The notes beneath the pieces were generated by a model, which saw nothing but the letters and a program-made list of their open reading frames with translations, was not told the origin of the DNA and searched no databases. Positions 39,633-51,309 of a stretch of 64,000 bases of DNA are shown here, in pieces. This stretch comes from Mobula hypostoma. Taxonomy: Eukaryota. The stretch is taken from NCBI RefSeq assembly GCF_963921235.1, contig NC_086108.1, positions 89,468,001-89,532,000 on the forward strand, read 5' to 3'. Both the position numbers and the translations under genes were made by a program. The first letter of the stretch is position 1. Every line of letters begins with the position of its first letter.

Positions 39633-39768
39633 TGCAAACACGAGGAATTCTGCAGATGCTGGAAATTCAAGCAACACACATCAAAGTTGCTGGTGAACGC
39701 AGCAGGCTAGGCAGCATCTCTAGGAAGAGGTACAGTCGATGTTTTGGGCCGAGACCCTTCGTCAGGAC
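39633..39768 (-). mobile_element. Isolated Penelope-like 3' terminus that starts at the hammerhead motif
   Basis: Near-identical to about 20260-20393; minus strand GGTC-CTGACGA-A-GGGTCTCGGCCC-AAAAC-ATC-GACTG. Confidence 0.82.
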
Positions 39769-40419
39769 CAGGTCTTATTCATCTCTACATCTCACTGAGT
39801 AAATATTCAGAGAAGACAATCAGAAAAATGGCTTGGTGCTTTCTCTGCAAATTTCAGCAAATATAACACATGCACCACTGCCTGTCCAGTCAAAAATTTG
39901 CTCGCTGTGAGTTGGTAAGTGGCCAAGAACATCCAAGGTATGATTCTCAGCCTGAGTTAAGGAATTTCGGCCTGAACAATGAATCTCTGCAAGACATGGT
40001 AACTTCAAGCATACAGACAATAAATATTAACAATATATCTTGCATTGATTTATTTCATGGGCAGAGATTTACATCTGGCATTTTTGGAGGCACATATCAA
40101 ATACATAATATACATACACATACATACACCTTTAACATGTTTACTGATTGTTGAGGAGGAAATTCCTTGCTATCTCTGTTGTACTTAAAAGGCAATGATA
40201 CACTACAGGTTCCTGAATACAAAATGGAGATAAATGTACTGATATTTAGTTGTGGTGATGTTAGTTAGGGGATAAATATTCAACAGGACTCTCCTGTTCT
40301 TTCTCAAATTATGCCATGTGATAATTTACAACCACCTGAACAAGGAGACACCTTCTTCAAATTTGGCACTTTGCTCTACATTCAACTATCAACTTGAAAC
40401 AAGCATGCATGCCAGACTG

Positions 40420-41990
40420 TAGTTGTCGAGTATTGTTTGCAGTTTTGGGCCACTTATCTAGTTAAGGATGTGCTGGCATTGAAGAGGGTCCAGAGGAGGT
40501 ACACGAGAGTGATCCTGGGAATGAAAGGGTTGACATAGAAGGTGTGTTTGATGGCTCTGGACCTGCTTTCCTTGCTTTATACTTACGACTGTGAAGCTAA
40601 ACACAGCTCCAATGCCATGTTTAAGTTTTTGGACAACATCACTGCCGTTGGCCCAATCAAATGTGGTGACGAATCAGCATATGGAGGCGGGAAATTGAAA
40701 ATCTCACTGAATAGTGCCACAACAACCTCTCATCCAATTTCAGAAAGACAAAGAAACTGATTATTGACTTCAGGAGGAAAGTGGAGGTCCATGAGTCAGT
40801 TCTCATCGGAGGATCGGAGGTGGAGAGGGCCAGCTGCTTTAAATTCCTCAGTTTTATCATTTCAGTGGATCTGTCCTGGGCCCAGCATATAACAGCAATA
40901 TGAAGAAAGCACAGTAGCACCCCTACCTCCTTAGAAGTTTGCAAAGATTTGGCATGATATCTAACTTTTTGACAAACTTCTATAGATGTGTGCTAGAGAG
41001 AATATTGACTGGTTGCATCATGAATTGGTCTGGAAACACCAATGCCCTTGAATGGAAAATCCCACAAAAGTAGAGGATATGGCCAAGTCCATCACAGATA
41101 AAGCCTTCCCAACCACTGCTCCATCTGCATGGAGTACTGTTGCAGGAAGGCAGCATCCATTATCAAGGACCCCTCCCCACCACACAGGCCATGCTCTCTT
41201 CTCGCTGCTGTCATCAGGAAGAAGGTACAGGAGCCTTAGGACCCACATCACCAGGTTCAGAAACAGTTATTACCCCTCAACCATCAAGCTCTTGAACCAG
41301 TGGGGATAACTTCACTTGCCCCATCACTGAACGTTCCCATAACCCATGAACTCACTTTCAAGGACTCTTCATCTCATGTTCTCAATATATACTGCTTATT
41401 TATTATTATGATTTCTTTTCTTTTGTATTTACACAGTTTGTTGTCTTTTGCACATTGGTTGTTTGCCTGTCCTTTTGGGTGGGGCTTTTCACTGACTCTT
41501 GGGTTTACTGTGTATGCCCGCAGAGAACAAATCTCAGAGTTGTCCATATATGTATTTTGATGTTAAATTTACTTTGAACATTAAACTTTTTGAGCATTGC
41601 ACTTGCTGGGGTATAGAAGAATGAGGGTGAATGAGGGGGGATCTCATTGAAACCTATTGAATATTGAAAGGTCCAGACAGTGTGGATGTGGAGAGGATGT
41701 TTCCAATAGTGGGGGAGTAGGATCAGAGGGCACAGCCACAGAATGCTAGGATGTCCCTTTAAACAGAGATGATGAGTAATTTCTTTAGTTGGAGGATGGT
41801 GAGCCAATGGAATTCATTGCCACACAGGGCAGGGATGTGAGGGCTAATCATTGGGTATACTTCAAACTTTGGTAGGTTCTTAATTAATAAGTGCGTCAAA
41901 GGTTAAGGGGAGAAGGCAGGAGAGTGGAGCTGAGAGGGATAATAAATCATCCATGATGGAATGATGAAGCAGACTTCATGGGCTGAAAGA
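40420..41990 (+). mobile_element. CR1 3' fragment split by a Rex1/Babar-type insertion (about 40570-41585)
   Basis: CR1 QFWA...KRVQRR breaks at about 40565 and resumes at about 41600; the insert encodes LSLLYTYDC.AKHSSNAMFKF and GHALFSLLSSGRRYRSL. Confidence 0.82.
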
Positions 41991-43237
41991 ACTAGTGATT
42001 TACTGTAATGGATCATGAGCTCATGTCTTAGGATTGAAATTGGTCCCACAGCTTTTAGATTCAGCTGAGAGAGTTCTTCACCTGAGCCAAGACTAATATA
42101 GTTCCACAGCATAATGCTATATAGCTAAGGTTTCCACTTAGGTCAGAAAGCTGAAAACAAAGTTTGTATTTTTTTCAGATTGCAAACTAAATTGGGCTTT
42201 TCTTGGACAATAATAACGAGTTCATCGGTTTGGTTTGAATTCCACTGCAATGGTTATTTTTACATGCATAAAAATTAGATATTTTATGAGGTTATTATAT
42301 ATGATAGTGTGGTGTTCCAGTAATTGATTACCAGGCTCCGCACTTTGGAGGCCGTCTGTAATGAAAAGTGACGTATTGATTGGTTTCAAGGGCTGATAAA
42401 AATACTGCAAGTGAGAATAAAAGGTCCCTTTTTGGAGATAATACAACTTCATACAATCGATAAAAGCCTGCCAGAGGAGCACGGACATTTTGCGAGATGT
42501 TGGGGGTGGGGAATATGAGTATTACCATTCAGAAACAGATATGATCAGAACTGATGCAACAGGGAAGAAAATTACGGGCTTGTGCGATTGAGGAAAACGC
42601 GGCGACCCGTCAGTAAACAGCGTCTAGCTCCCTCACCCACACATCCCTTCCTTCGAGTTGACAAGGGGCAGGACATCCCAGTGAACTGACGAATATCATC
42701 GATTCAAACAGCTAGGTCCAAAAATCATGCCCGGCACATGAACTTTTAGGACATGTTGTTTGAAACGGCGTGCCGATTCGAAGCTGTGAGTGTGTATGCT
42801 CAACCAGATGTTGAAGGCACTGAGAAACATCAGTCCAGAGCACTGAAGACCCGGAGTGCTGGCAGAGAGACAGGGAGAGAGAAAGAGGAGGAGGGGACAC
42901 TTTGCTGGTCTCCCAGTCAAGGGCTGGAGCGGAACACGTTACATTCATTTATTTCAGGCTTGGTTCGGCTGTGAGGGCAGCGTTTACACCAGAGAGACGG
43001 TGGATGTACAATGTGCAGGAAAATCGGTCCTTTTAAATGGATAAGCCGCTTTAATGAGTCACTGAAAGTGGAGACCTGTCTGATGAATCCTGCAAGTGTA
43101 CTGGAGCCATAGTTGCCGTGCCATCGGAAGTGTGGAATATACGGAAATTATAAAACATCTAATACAAGGGGGTTGTGTTTTTAAAAAATATTTATCAACA
43201 CTAATACTCCATCAGCCCGACTCTGTACTCCACGACC

Positions 43238-43441
43238 ATGCTGTATTTCCAGATGGTTATAATGGCTGGGACCGTTATGTTAGCATATTACTTCGAATAC
43301 ACTGACACTTTCAGTGTCCACATCCAGGGATTTTTCTGCCATGACGACACTTACACCAAGCCCTACCCGGGACCCGATGAGGCCAGTGCCATTCCGCCAG
43401 TTCTCCTCTATTCTCTCGTCGCTGGGGTCCCCCCTGTGATG
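43238..43441 (+). CDS. PLPPR5: Phospholipid phosphatase-related protein 5, first coding exon (68 codons, phase-0 donor)
   Basis: MLYFQMVIMAGTVMLAYYFEYTDTFSVHIQGFFCHDDTYTKPYPGPDEASAIPPVLLYSLVAGVPPVM matches the vertebrate PLPPR5 N-terminus as I recall it; Kozak ACCATG; in-frame TAA at 43202; donor G|GTAAGT at 43441/43442. Confidence 0.93.
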
Positions 43442-43702
43442 GTAAGTTTGCAATGGAATGGAAGAGCGAGGGCGCAGCGGAACATAGGTTTCGCCCCGTT
43501 CTCTCGCCTCCACTGATGTGCTCCCTGCGCGCCTCTCCGAGATAGGCAGCTGCTTTTGTTTTTACCTCTAGAAAATGCTGGTTATTGTTCGTCCTGGAGT
43601 AAATTCGTTTGGTTAAAAAGAATGAAATCCCCGCCATGGTTATAATTCGCCTAATCGCACGGAGGTCTTCCATACAGTTAACGCCCGCGGATGGAACAGC
43701 CG

Positions 43703-43726
43703 GTGTGTGTGTGTGAGTGTGCGCGA

Positions 43727-43775
<49 letters not shown>
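43703..43775. repeat. (GT)n microsatellite in intron 1
   Basis: Direct reading. Confidence 0.97.
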
Positions 43776-43776
<1 letters not shown>

Positions 43777-45502
43777 TCCCGAAGGTTAACAACTGGCGAT
43801 GATGTCTTCTCGAAGACCGATCAGTTTGCGAAGACTGACTGAGAAGCGGGTCTTCCTGGGAGTTGTGAATGAACGGGGCTGAGACGGTCCCGCGTTTCAA
43901 ATTAAAAGTCGGGGTGCTGAAATCGATTCACTGGAGAAGAACTGCACTGAAACGTTAGAACAAGCCTGGCGCGCACTCAGACACCTGGGGACCTGGGGAG
44001 GGGTGGGGGGAGGTGAGGGAAGGTTATTAAATAAAACATGCGCTTAGTGAGAGAAATGACAGCAAGGCCTGCCTTGGTGAACCGGGCGGAACTTCACATT
44101 TATTGGTGTTTAGCACAGTGGGTTTTGGTTAATACGTTTCGACCTGTCACTTTTCAAAAGTAAGCGGCCGAGAGACTAATTATTGCGGGTAGAAGTGGGG
44201 ATTGCGAGCTTTCAAGGCGTTGACCTGGTACATATACTCCTCCCTGGTCGATGCCAGTTCAAATATTTGGCAGCGTGCAGCTGTCCGAGCCTCTTCTGTT
44301 GCCGCTGCCAGCTATGAACCTTAAAACTACGGAGCAGTGTGGGGTAATGTCTGGGTTACAGACCGTGTGGGAGTGTTGGGGCGAGTGGGAAGCGAGTGCG
44401 ATGGAAAGCGCTCGCCGTTGGATCTAGTATCAGATTGTTTGCCATAGATATATACAAACTGCCACAATTATTTACTCAGCAGGAGTAAATCATCCAGTTA
44501 TCAATTTGGATGAGGCTTAACGGGCAGATGATGAAGGGAGAGAGGAATGCCAACCAAACAAGCAATAGATCTGTTTTATATCCATTTTTATACAGTGAAT
44601 GAACTGCTTTTTGGCATTATACCCACAATACCTACTTGTACATTTGAGAGGAAGTGAATCATTCTCATTATCTGAATAGTTAGAAGGTATCTTCTGAATA
44701 AATCACAACAAAATCTTTTGGCAACCATTTCTATTTAGAATATAGAACAGCCCAGTAAAGGCCCTTTGCTCCGTAACTTTGTGCCAACCCTTTAACCTAC
44801 TCCAAGGCCAATCTAACTTTTCCCTCCCACATAGCCCTCCATTTTTCTTTCATTCACTTGCCTACCTAAAAGTCTCTTAAATACCTTTAATGTACAGTAC
44901 TGTGCAAAGGTCTTAGGCGCGTATATATAGCTAGGGCGCCCAAGACTTTTGCGTAGTACTGTATTTGTCAACTTGGAGAGGAGAGCCAGTCTATAAATCT
45001 GCTGGGGGCAAAGGATGTTGGGAACGGTGAGGGTGGAACGTTGTGGGAAGGCTGCGGGACTGTCACAATGGCGGGGCATTGGGAGCAAGGGTGGACCCAA
45101 ATGCAAGACACATCTTGTGAGGTTACTTAGATTTAGTTTATTGTTCGATACCAGGAGAGCAAGACAGAAGCAGGAATAGCAAACTGGACAAGGACTCAGG
45201 ACTACGACTAGGCTGGGACCAAGGGTCTGGGCTTGGACTTGGAATCGGCTCCCAGAACGAGAGGAGGCATGAAGAGGTTAAGGTATGGACTCCAAGCCTG
45301 AGACTGGGCAAGGACCCAGTACTTGGGTCTTGCCTCGGGCTCGGACCGCAGAGCCAGGCATGGACATGACATGGGCCAGGGAGAGGAGGAACATGGAAAA
45401 CAGAGCCTCGGTCTCGGGAGAGCAGATACATGGAACCATGAACACATACACAGAACACAGAGTCGGGACCCCTCCTTGGGTACAGGACATAGGGCCGGGA
45501 CT

Positions 45503-45784
45503 CATGACCCTCCACAGGGCAACGGCAAGACAGCCTGACTTACCCCATGGAGGTGAGGACAAGACAAGACAAGACATGACTCCCCGCAGGGCAACGGAAA
45601 GACAGTCTGACTTACCCCACGGAGGCGAGGACGACATGACAAGACATGATTCCCCGTGGGGCAACGGCAAGACGGCCTGACTTACTCCATGGAGGCGAGG
45701 ACAAGACAAGACATGACTCCCCGCGGGGCAACGGCAAGATGGCCTGACTTACCCCACAGAGGTGAGGACAAGACAAGACAAGAC
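45503..45784. repeat. About 70-bp tandem repeat, 4 units, inside the LTR
   Basis: CATGACTCCCCGC.GGGCAACGGCAAGAC.GCCTGACTTACCCCA.GGAGG.GAG(GACAA)n. Confidence 0.93.
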
Positions 45785-45929
45785 CAACACGAATGGACAC
45801 CAGACAGTACCTATCTAGCTCCGGTGATGGAACTAGACCGAAGTGCAGGCGGGGGCTGCAGACGAGGGCTAGAGACGAGAGGGGTAGAGAAGGGTTTCAG
45901 ACAAGGGGGTAGGACAGGAATCACAGACC

Positions 45930-46195
45930 GCCAGGGCCAGGACTTGACTCAGAACTGGGAAGCCACTAGGGCCAGGACTTGACATGGTACTTGAATGCCG
46001 CCAGGGCCAGGACTTGACATGGTACTTGAACGCTGCCAGGGCCAGGACTTGACAGGGTACTTGAACGCCGCCAGGGCCAGGGCTTGACAGGGTACTTGAA
46101 CGCCGCAAGGGCCAGGACTTGACATGGTATTTGAACGCTGCCAGGGCCAGGACTTGACATGGTACTTGAACGCCGCCAGGGCCAGGACTTGACTT
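45930..46195. repeat. 35-bp tandem repeat, about 7.5 units, inside the LTR
   Basis: Unit GCCAGGGCCAGGACTTGACATGGTACTTGAACGCC. Confidence 0.95.
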
Positions 46196-47269
46196 GGAAC
46201 CTCCAGGTAGTGGCGAGCTCTCGACTCGGCCTGGGAACAGAAGACAGCGGTTCTTGATTCCCTCTGGCGGGTTAACTGACGGACCCACCTTGATGAAGAA
46301 ATTTGCAGGCTCACTTCGGCGAGGTAACTGGATAGGGTTGCTCCGGTGAGGAAAGGTGAATTACCGGCACTCGCTTCGGCAGAGACTAGGCTTGTTCCGG
46401 CCAGCTGACATTGGCACGCCGTGACTTTGCAGACGCTCCCACACCGAAGGGCTGAAAGCCGGAGACTATAAACTACCGGTTCAGCCAAGTGTTAATTGCC
46501 TCTAATCACCAAAGTCGAGGGACACGGGAAAACAGGGAATCAATGGTCCGGATCGTAACACAAACAAGGTAAATTTAAAGGGACCCCGATCTGGACCATG
46601 ACAGGGACACGTGGCAGAGAAGGAGTGCCAAGGGTGGGAGGTGGTGTGGTGCAGATACACACGGCCCTGAGATACCAGGCAAGGTTATTAACTACCAGAT
46701 AATTGGTTTATTGATCATTACAGCATGTCTCTCTGGTGCTTCCAGCTCCCTCCATCTCCCTTCCCCTTTTCTCAACCATGATCCCCTTCTCCCTGCGCCA
46801 TACCACTCCCGGTACTCAATAGAAAACCATATCAAAATCAGTTTCATCATCACTCACATATGTCATGATATTTGTTTTTTTTGTGGCAGAAATGCAGCGC
46901 AATACATAAATTACTGTAGCACTGTGCAAAAGTCTTAGGCACCCTAGCTATGTATATGAGCCTAAGAATTTTGCACTCTTCTGAATCTACCTCTGCCACC
47001 AACACTGGCAGAGTGTTCTGACCAAACTCTGTGTGAAAATCCTACTTCTGACATTCCCCCATATCTTCCTCCAATCACCTTAACTTCATGCCTCCTCGAA
47101 TTAGCCATTCCCCCCCAGGGAAAAAGACGCTGGCTGTCCACTCATTTGCTCTTACTATCATGCACACCTCTACTAAGTCATCTCTCATTCTCCTTCTCTC
47201 CAAAGAGACTTTACTGTGTTATAAAAATAAGTAAATTTTTCAAAGGATGAATAATCTGACAATGTTCAG

Positions 47270-48085
47270 GGTAATTTCATAAATCTGATGGTAGAGGGGA
47301 AGAAGCAGTTTCTAAAATGTTGAGTATGGGTGTTCAGGTTCCTGTACCCCCTCACCAAAAGTAGTAACATGAAGAGGAAATGTCCCAAATGATGGATGCC
47401 ACCTTCCTGAGGCACTGCCTGTTGAAGATGTCCTTGGTAGCGGGTTAGACTGAGCCAGTGATGGGCCGGGCTGAATCTACGACCCTCTGCAGCCTATTGT
47501 AATCCTGTGCACTGAAGGATTCAAAGCAGGTTGTGGTGGAATCAGTCAGAATGTTCTCCACTGTACATCTGTAGAAATTTGAAAGAGTTTTAGGTGGCAT
47601 ACCAAATCTCCTCAAACTCCTAATGAAGAAGAGCTGTTGACATGCCTTCATTGTGATTGCATCAGTGTGTTGGACCCAAGACAGATATTTTGAGATGTTG
47701 AAATCTAGCAACTTGAAGCTGTTCACTCTTTCCACTGCTGACCCCTCAATGAGGACTGCTGTGTGTTCTCCCAACTTCCTCTTCTTTAAGTCCGCAATCA
47801 ATTCTTTGGTCTTACTAACGTTTGGTACAAGGTGTGATGATTGTCAGCAAGGAGGAGGTGATAGTACACATTTGCACCAACTGTGGCAACCCACTGAGGA
47901 AGTCTGGGATCCAGTTGCAGAGGAAGCTACAGAAGCCCAACTTTTAAACTTGTTAATTACTACTGAGTGGATGATGGATCACCAAGCTATAATCAAAAAA
48001 CAATAGCTCAACATATATTTTTCTGATGTCCAGGTGTTCCAGGTGTTCTGAGTGGAGAGCCAATAAGACTGCATCCATTGTAGAA
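47270..48085 (-). mobile_element. Rex1/Babar-type LINE fragment
   Basis: VERVNSFKLL, KACQQLFFIRSLRRFGM, LSNFYRCTVENILT. Confidence 0.85.
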
Positions 48086-48913
48086 ATTTCTGATAACTGT
48101 CATTTGGGGAGAAGATTCCTGATCTCTACAACCCTTTTTATGTATGCATGCTTACTGATTTCACTCCTCTTTGATCAAGGATAAATTATAAGATTTATCT
48201 TTACAGTAGACTTTTTTCTGGAGTTCAGTCTCTGTTTCTTAATTAATTCATTTGCATTTTATAATTTCAAAAGTTTAATTTGGATCCAAAAGCAAACCCA
48301 TGCAATTTTCCCTCATAGTTTAACACTTTAAACATTTTTATAATCACAATAAAACTTCAATGCATCCATTTACATTGCAATATAATTATTTATCAAGTTC
48401 AATGCCCAAACAATACAGATGGAAATAGACAAAGACACAATGAAATAAAGGCTAACCTTCATTTGTTGATTTATATCAATGGACAACTAAAGCCTTTCCT
48501 TCACCATGCCTCAGTTTTTTAGTATTGAGTAGATAGTCTGATTTACCTTTCTCAATTTTCGCAGTACATAACAACATGTTTAACCATAGTTTAATCAACT
48601 CTATTCTTCATATTTCTCCAAGTCTCTTTGATTTTCATTCTTCCTTTGATGGTTATAAATATCATTCACACAATTTACTGTGGTTCTTTTTGATAACTGC
48701 ACAATTGAATACACAAATCTCTAATCCTTCATACAAGTCAATAAAATATCTGGTGAAAAATAAATTTCATAACATAGATTCAATGGGAATTCTACTTATC
48801 ATAACCCATCAATAACTGTACGTCCATTAATATAGCGCCTCTAACATCGCTAAAAGAAACACAGCCAAGTTATGGGGTTGGAATAGATTGTGTTGACATT
48901 TGCTGTTAATTTT

Positions 48914-49282
48914 CAAAGTTCAAAGTAAATTTATTATCAAAGTAAGTATATTTCACCATATGAGATTCACTTTCTTGCAGGCATTCACAGTAAAACAAAG
49001 AAATACAACAGATTCAATGAAAAACTACACAAAAAAGACTGACAAACAACCCATGAGCAAAAGAAGACAAATGGTGCAAATAAAAGAAAATAAACAAGTA
49101 AATAAATAATACTGAGAACACGAGGTGTAGAGTTCTTGAAACTGAATCCGTCGGTTGTGGAATCAGTGCAGTTGAGGTGAGTGAAGTTATCCACACTAGT
49201 TCAGGACCCTGATGACTGAAGGGTAATAACTGTTCTTGAACCTGGTGGTATGGGACCTACGGCTCCTGTGCCCCCTTCCCGA
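48914..49282 (-). mobile_element. Rex1/Babar-type 3' UTR fragment; similar piece at about 58742-59185
   Basis: CAAAGTTCAAAGTAAATTTATTATCAAAG tail and GTTCTTGAACCTGGTGGT. Confidence 0.75.
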
Positions 49283-51034
49283 TGTTTGATATTCCTTGAA
49301 ATAGTTTTCATGCTTCCTTTTCATCCAGTTGATTGGTTTTCTTGTATTTGTCTGTATAAAGCTCTGCAATAATTTTCTGTTTACACTTCCCAGTATTTGA
49401 GTAGGCTTTTATTTTCTTATAGGAAGTTTGAAATATCTAGGATACTTCCAGGGCTCCTCAACATTCATGACTCTGCATATCCCTTCCTGTCATTAGCACA
49501 CCAGCCATCATCCTATTATGTTGAGTTGCTGTTGACAAGTTAGCTGACTGAAGACTTACTACATTGAAATCATGCACACTGCTTACTGATGATTAGTAGC
49601 CTATAGAGAATAACATAAAAATAACATTAAGGTTTACTTTCTGGCCTCCTTCAAGCTTTATGGATTGCTGTATAATGCTGGTCAGAAGGAGATTCTTAGA
49701 AATTTTTTCCCACTGTATTTTAGTCTTCTGCTTAGCCTGTCATTGATTAAAAACAAACAAACATTTTTTTTTCAACAGACCTAAATTACTTTTGATGGAG
49801 TATAATACTAAGGCAATTGACAGGATTAACACCTGATGTCAATATGGATAGATGTAGTTTTGGCAACTAGCCATCTCAGGATCATCTTGGCACAGTTCCT
49901 CAAGGCAGGATATTAATAAAATCTTCAGCTATTTAATTAATATCCTGTCCCCTTTCTCAAGTCCAGAAGTAAAGATGTTCTTTGTATGAAGTTCAGTTCA
50001 AATAATAAAGCACACAATGCATACATCCAGATAAAAAAGACAACCTACAACCATAATGGGTATACTTTCCATATTCTAACCATCCATATGGTAGTTAATG
50101 GCTGCCTTTAATAAGATATGGTCAGAATAACTACCCTTGATAGTTATTGAACCTCATTGCTAATTTGCTAAAGGTTGCAGGTAACCAGAAAATCATTTGG
50201 ACATGTTTCTAAACACTTCAGCATCTGTGCAGATTTCAAAATAGTTTTTTTTTTCTAAAAGGTGTGACTCTCCTCATAACTCCTTAATGCTTTTACAACC
50301 CCTGGGCAAGCCAAGAATTAAATGGTATACTTTCTGTTGGATGTCATTCTTAAGACATCCTATTAGTTTTTGAGGATGGGTTAGACACTGAAAGAAAGTT
50401 AGTTTTTGAGAATTATTGACCATGTATGGTAAAACTCTATTCAGGCCATGAACTTTGCCAATCCAGTCTAGTTCTCAGGTGGAAGTCAACTCCAAAGAAA
50501 ACATGCAGACTGTTTATGCTTTCCCCCATTTTCAATTATTAAAATGTGGGATAGTACTGGTTGTCTGAAGAAAGTAGTCCAGAGTCATACAGCATTTACA
50601 CTACTCTACTGGTATAGTCTCAGCTATAAGTAATTAAATAAGAGACCCTATCTCTCTTTACATCTCCATTTCTTGCTCCTCTCATTACATTTACCTTCTA
50701 TTTTGGCTATTCTCTTTCATGATAATTCCCTCTCTATCTAATATCTTTGTTTATCTATAATTTTTATAAATTCCATTGTATTTCTTTATTTTCCAGTAAA
50801 CACTTGAAAGAAAATATTCTCTATGCTGTATAAGGGAGCATATATATACTTTGGATAATAAGATTACTTTGATTTTGTTTGCCTAGTCAACCACATTGAA
50901 ATCAGATGGCTGTTTCAATTGAGATCTCCATTTGCTAAATCCAGGAATGTAGTTAATTACATATACACCAGCTGAATTCAATCCTCCTATTAGGCTAGAT
51001 CTTCCTCAAGTTATCCGTAAGTAGAATATTTACA

Positions 51035-51309
51035 AATGGGGGGGTGTCCTTTTAGAATAGTGAAGAGGACCAATTTATTTGGCAGAGAGTGGTAAATCTG
51101 TGGAATTCATTGCCATAGGTGGCTGTAGAGGCCAAGTCATTGGGTATATTTAAGGCAGAGATTAATTGATTAATTAATTGATTTTTGGTTAGTCTGGGCA
51201 TGAAGGGATACAGGGAGAAGGCAGGAGATTAGGGCTCATCAGCCCCAATGGTGGAGCAGACTTAATGGGCCAAATGGCCTAATTCTTCTCCTGTATTTTA
51301 TGGTCTTAT
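51035..51309 (+). mobile_element. CR1 3' UTR fragment; similar piece at about 52105-52435
   Basis: GTGGTAAATCTGTGGAATTCATTGCC...GGCCTAATTCT...TTATGGTCTTAT. Confidence 0.8.

Larger units (their letters stand above)
42590..44420. promoter_or_regulatory. CpG-rich island: probable PLPPR5 promoter, 5' UTR, exon 1 and start of intron 1
   Basis: Visibly higher CpG and GC than the CpG-depleted flanks, free of transposons, overlaps the first coding exon; TSS not determinable. Confidence 0.75.
45061..46603 (-). mobile_element. Solo LTR (Gypsy-like), 1543 bp, antisense to PLPPR5
   Basis: TGTCA...TGACA termini; perfect 5-bp TSD GGGAC at 45056-45060 and 46604-46608; minus-strand AATAAA at about 45137-45142; CpG retained, so relatively young. 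Confidence 0.88.
44895..46983. mobile_element. Tc1/mariner-type MITE, about 540 bp without the nested LTR
   Basis: TA|CAGTACTGTGCAAA start; about 70-bp terminal inverted repeats that are themselves palindromic (44895-44961 and about 46915-46983); right end decayed. Confidence 0.75.
44737..47210 (-). mobile_element. CR1 3' end (44737-44894 and about 46984-47210), outer host of the nested insertions
   Basis: AAAAGTCTCTTAAATACCTTTAATGTA continues as TCTACCTCTGCCACCAACACTGGCAG, like uninterrupted copies at about 25650 and 60510. Confidence 0.75.

Noticed and set aside
42476..42492. REST/RE1 site upstream of PLPPR5
   Set aside because: AGCACGGACA lacks the correct half-site spacing and flanks; only isolated half-sites occur elsewhere (about 12622 and 44280)
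43442..43516. C-terminal part of the 92-aa ORF as PLPPR5 coding sequence
   Set aside because: Lies after the GTAAGT donor, and PLPPR5 similarity stops at the donor
45930..46195. 35-bp repeats as a CRISPR array
   Set aside because: Head-to-tail units without unique spacers, inside an LTR, in vertebrate DNA, with no cas genes
45138..46488. Cluster of long overlapping ORFs
   Set aside because: By-products of GC-rich tandem repeats in the solo LTR; no gag or pol motifs
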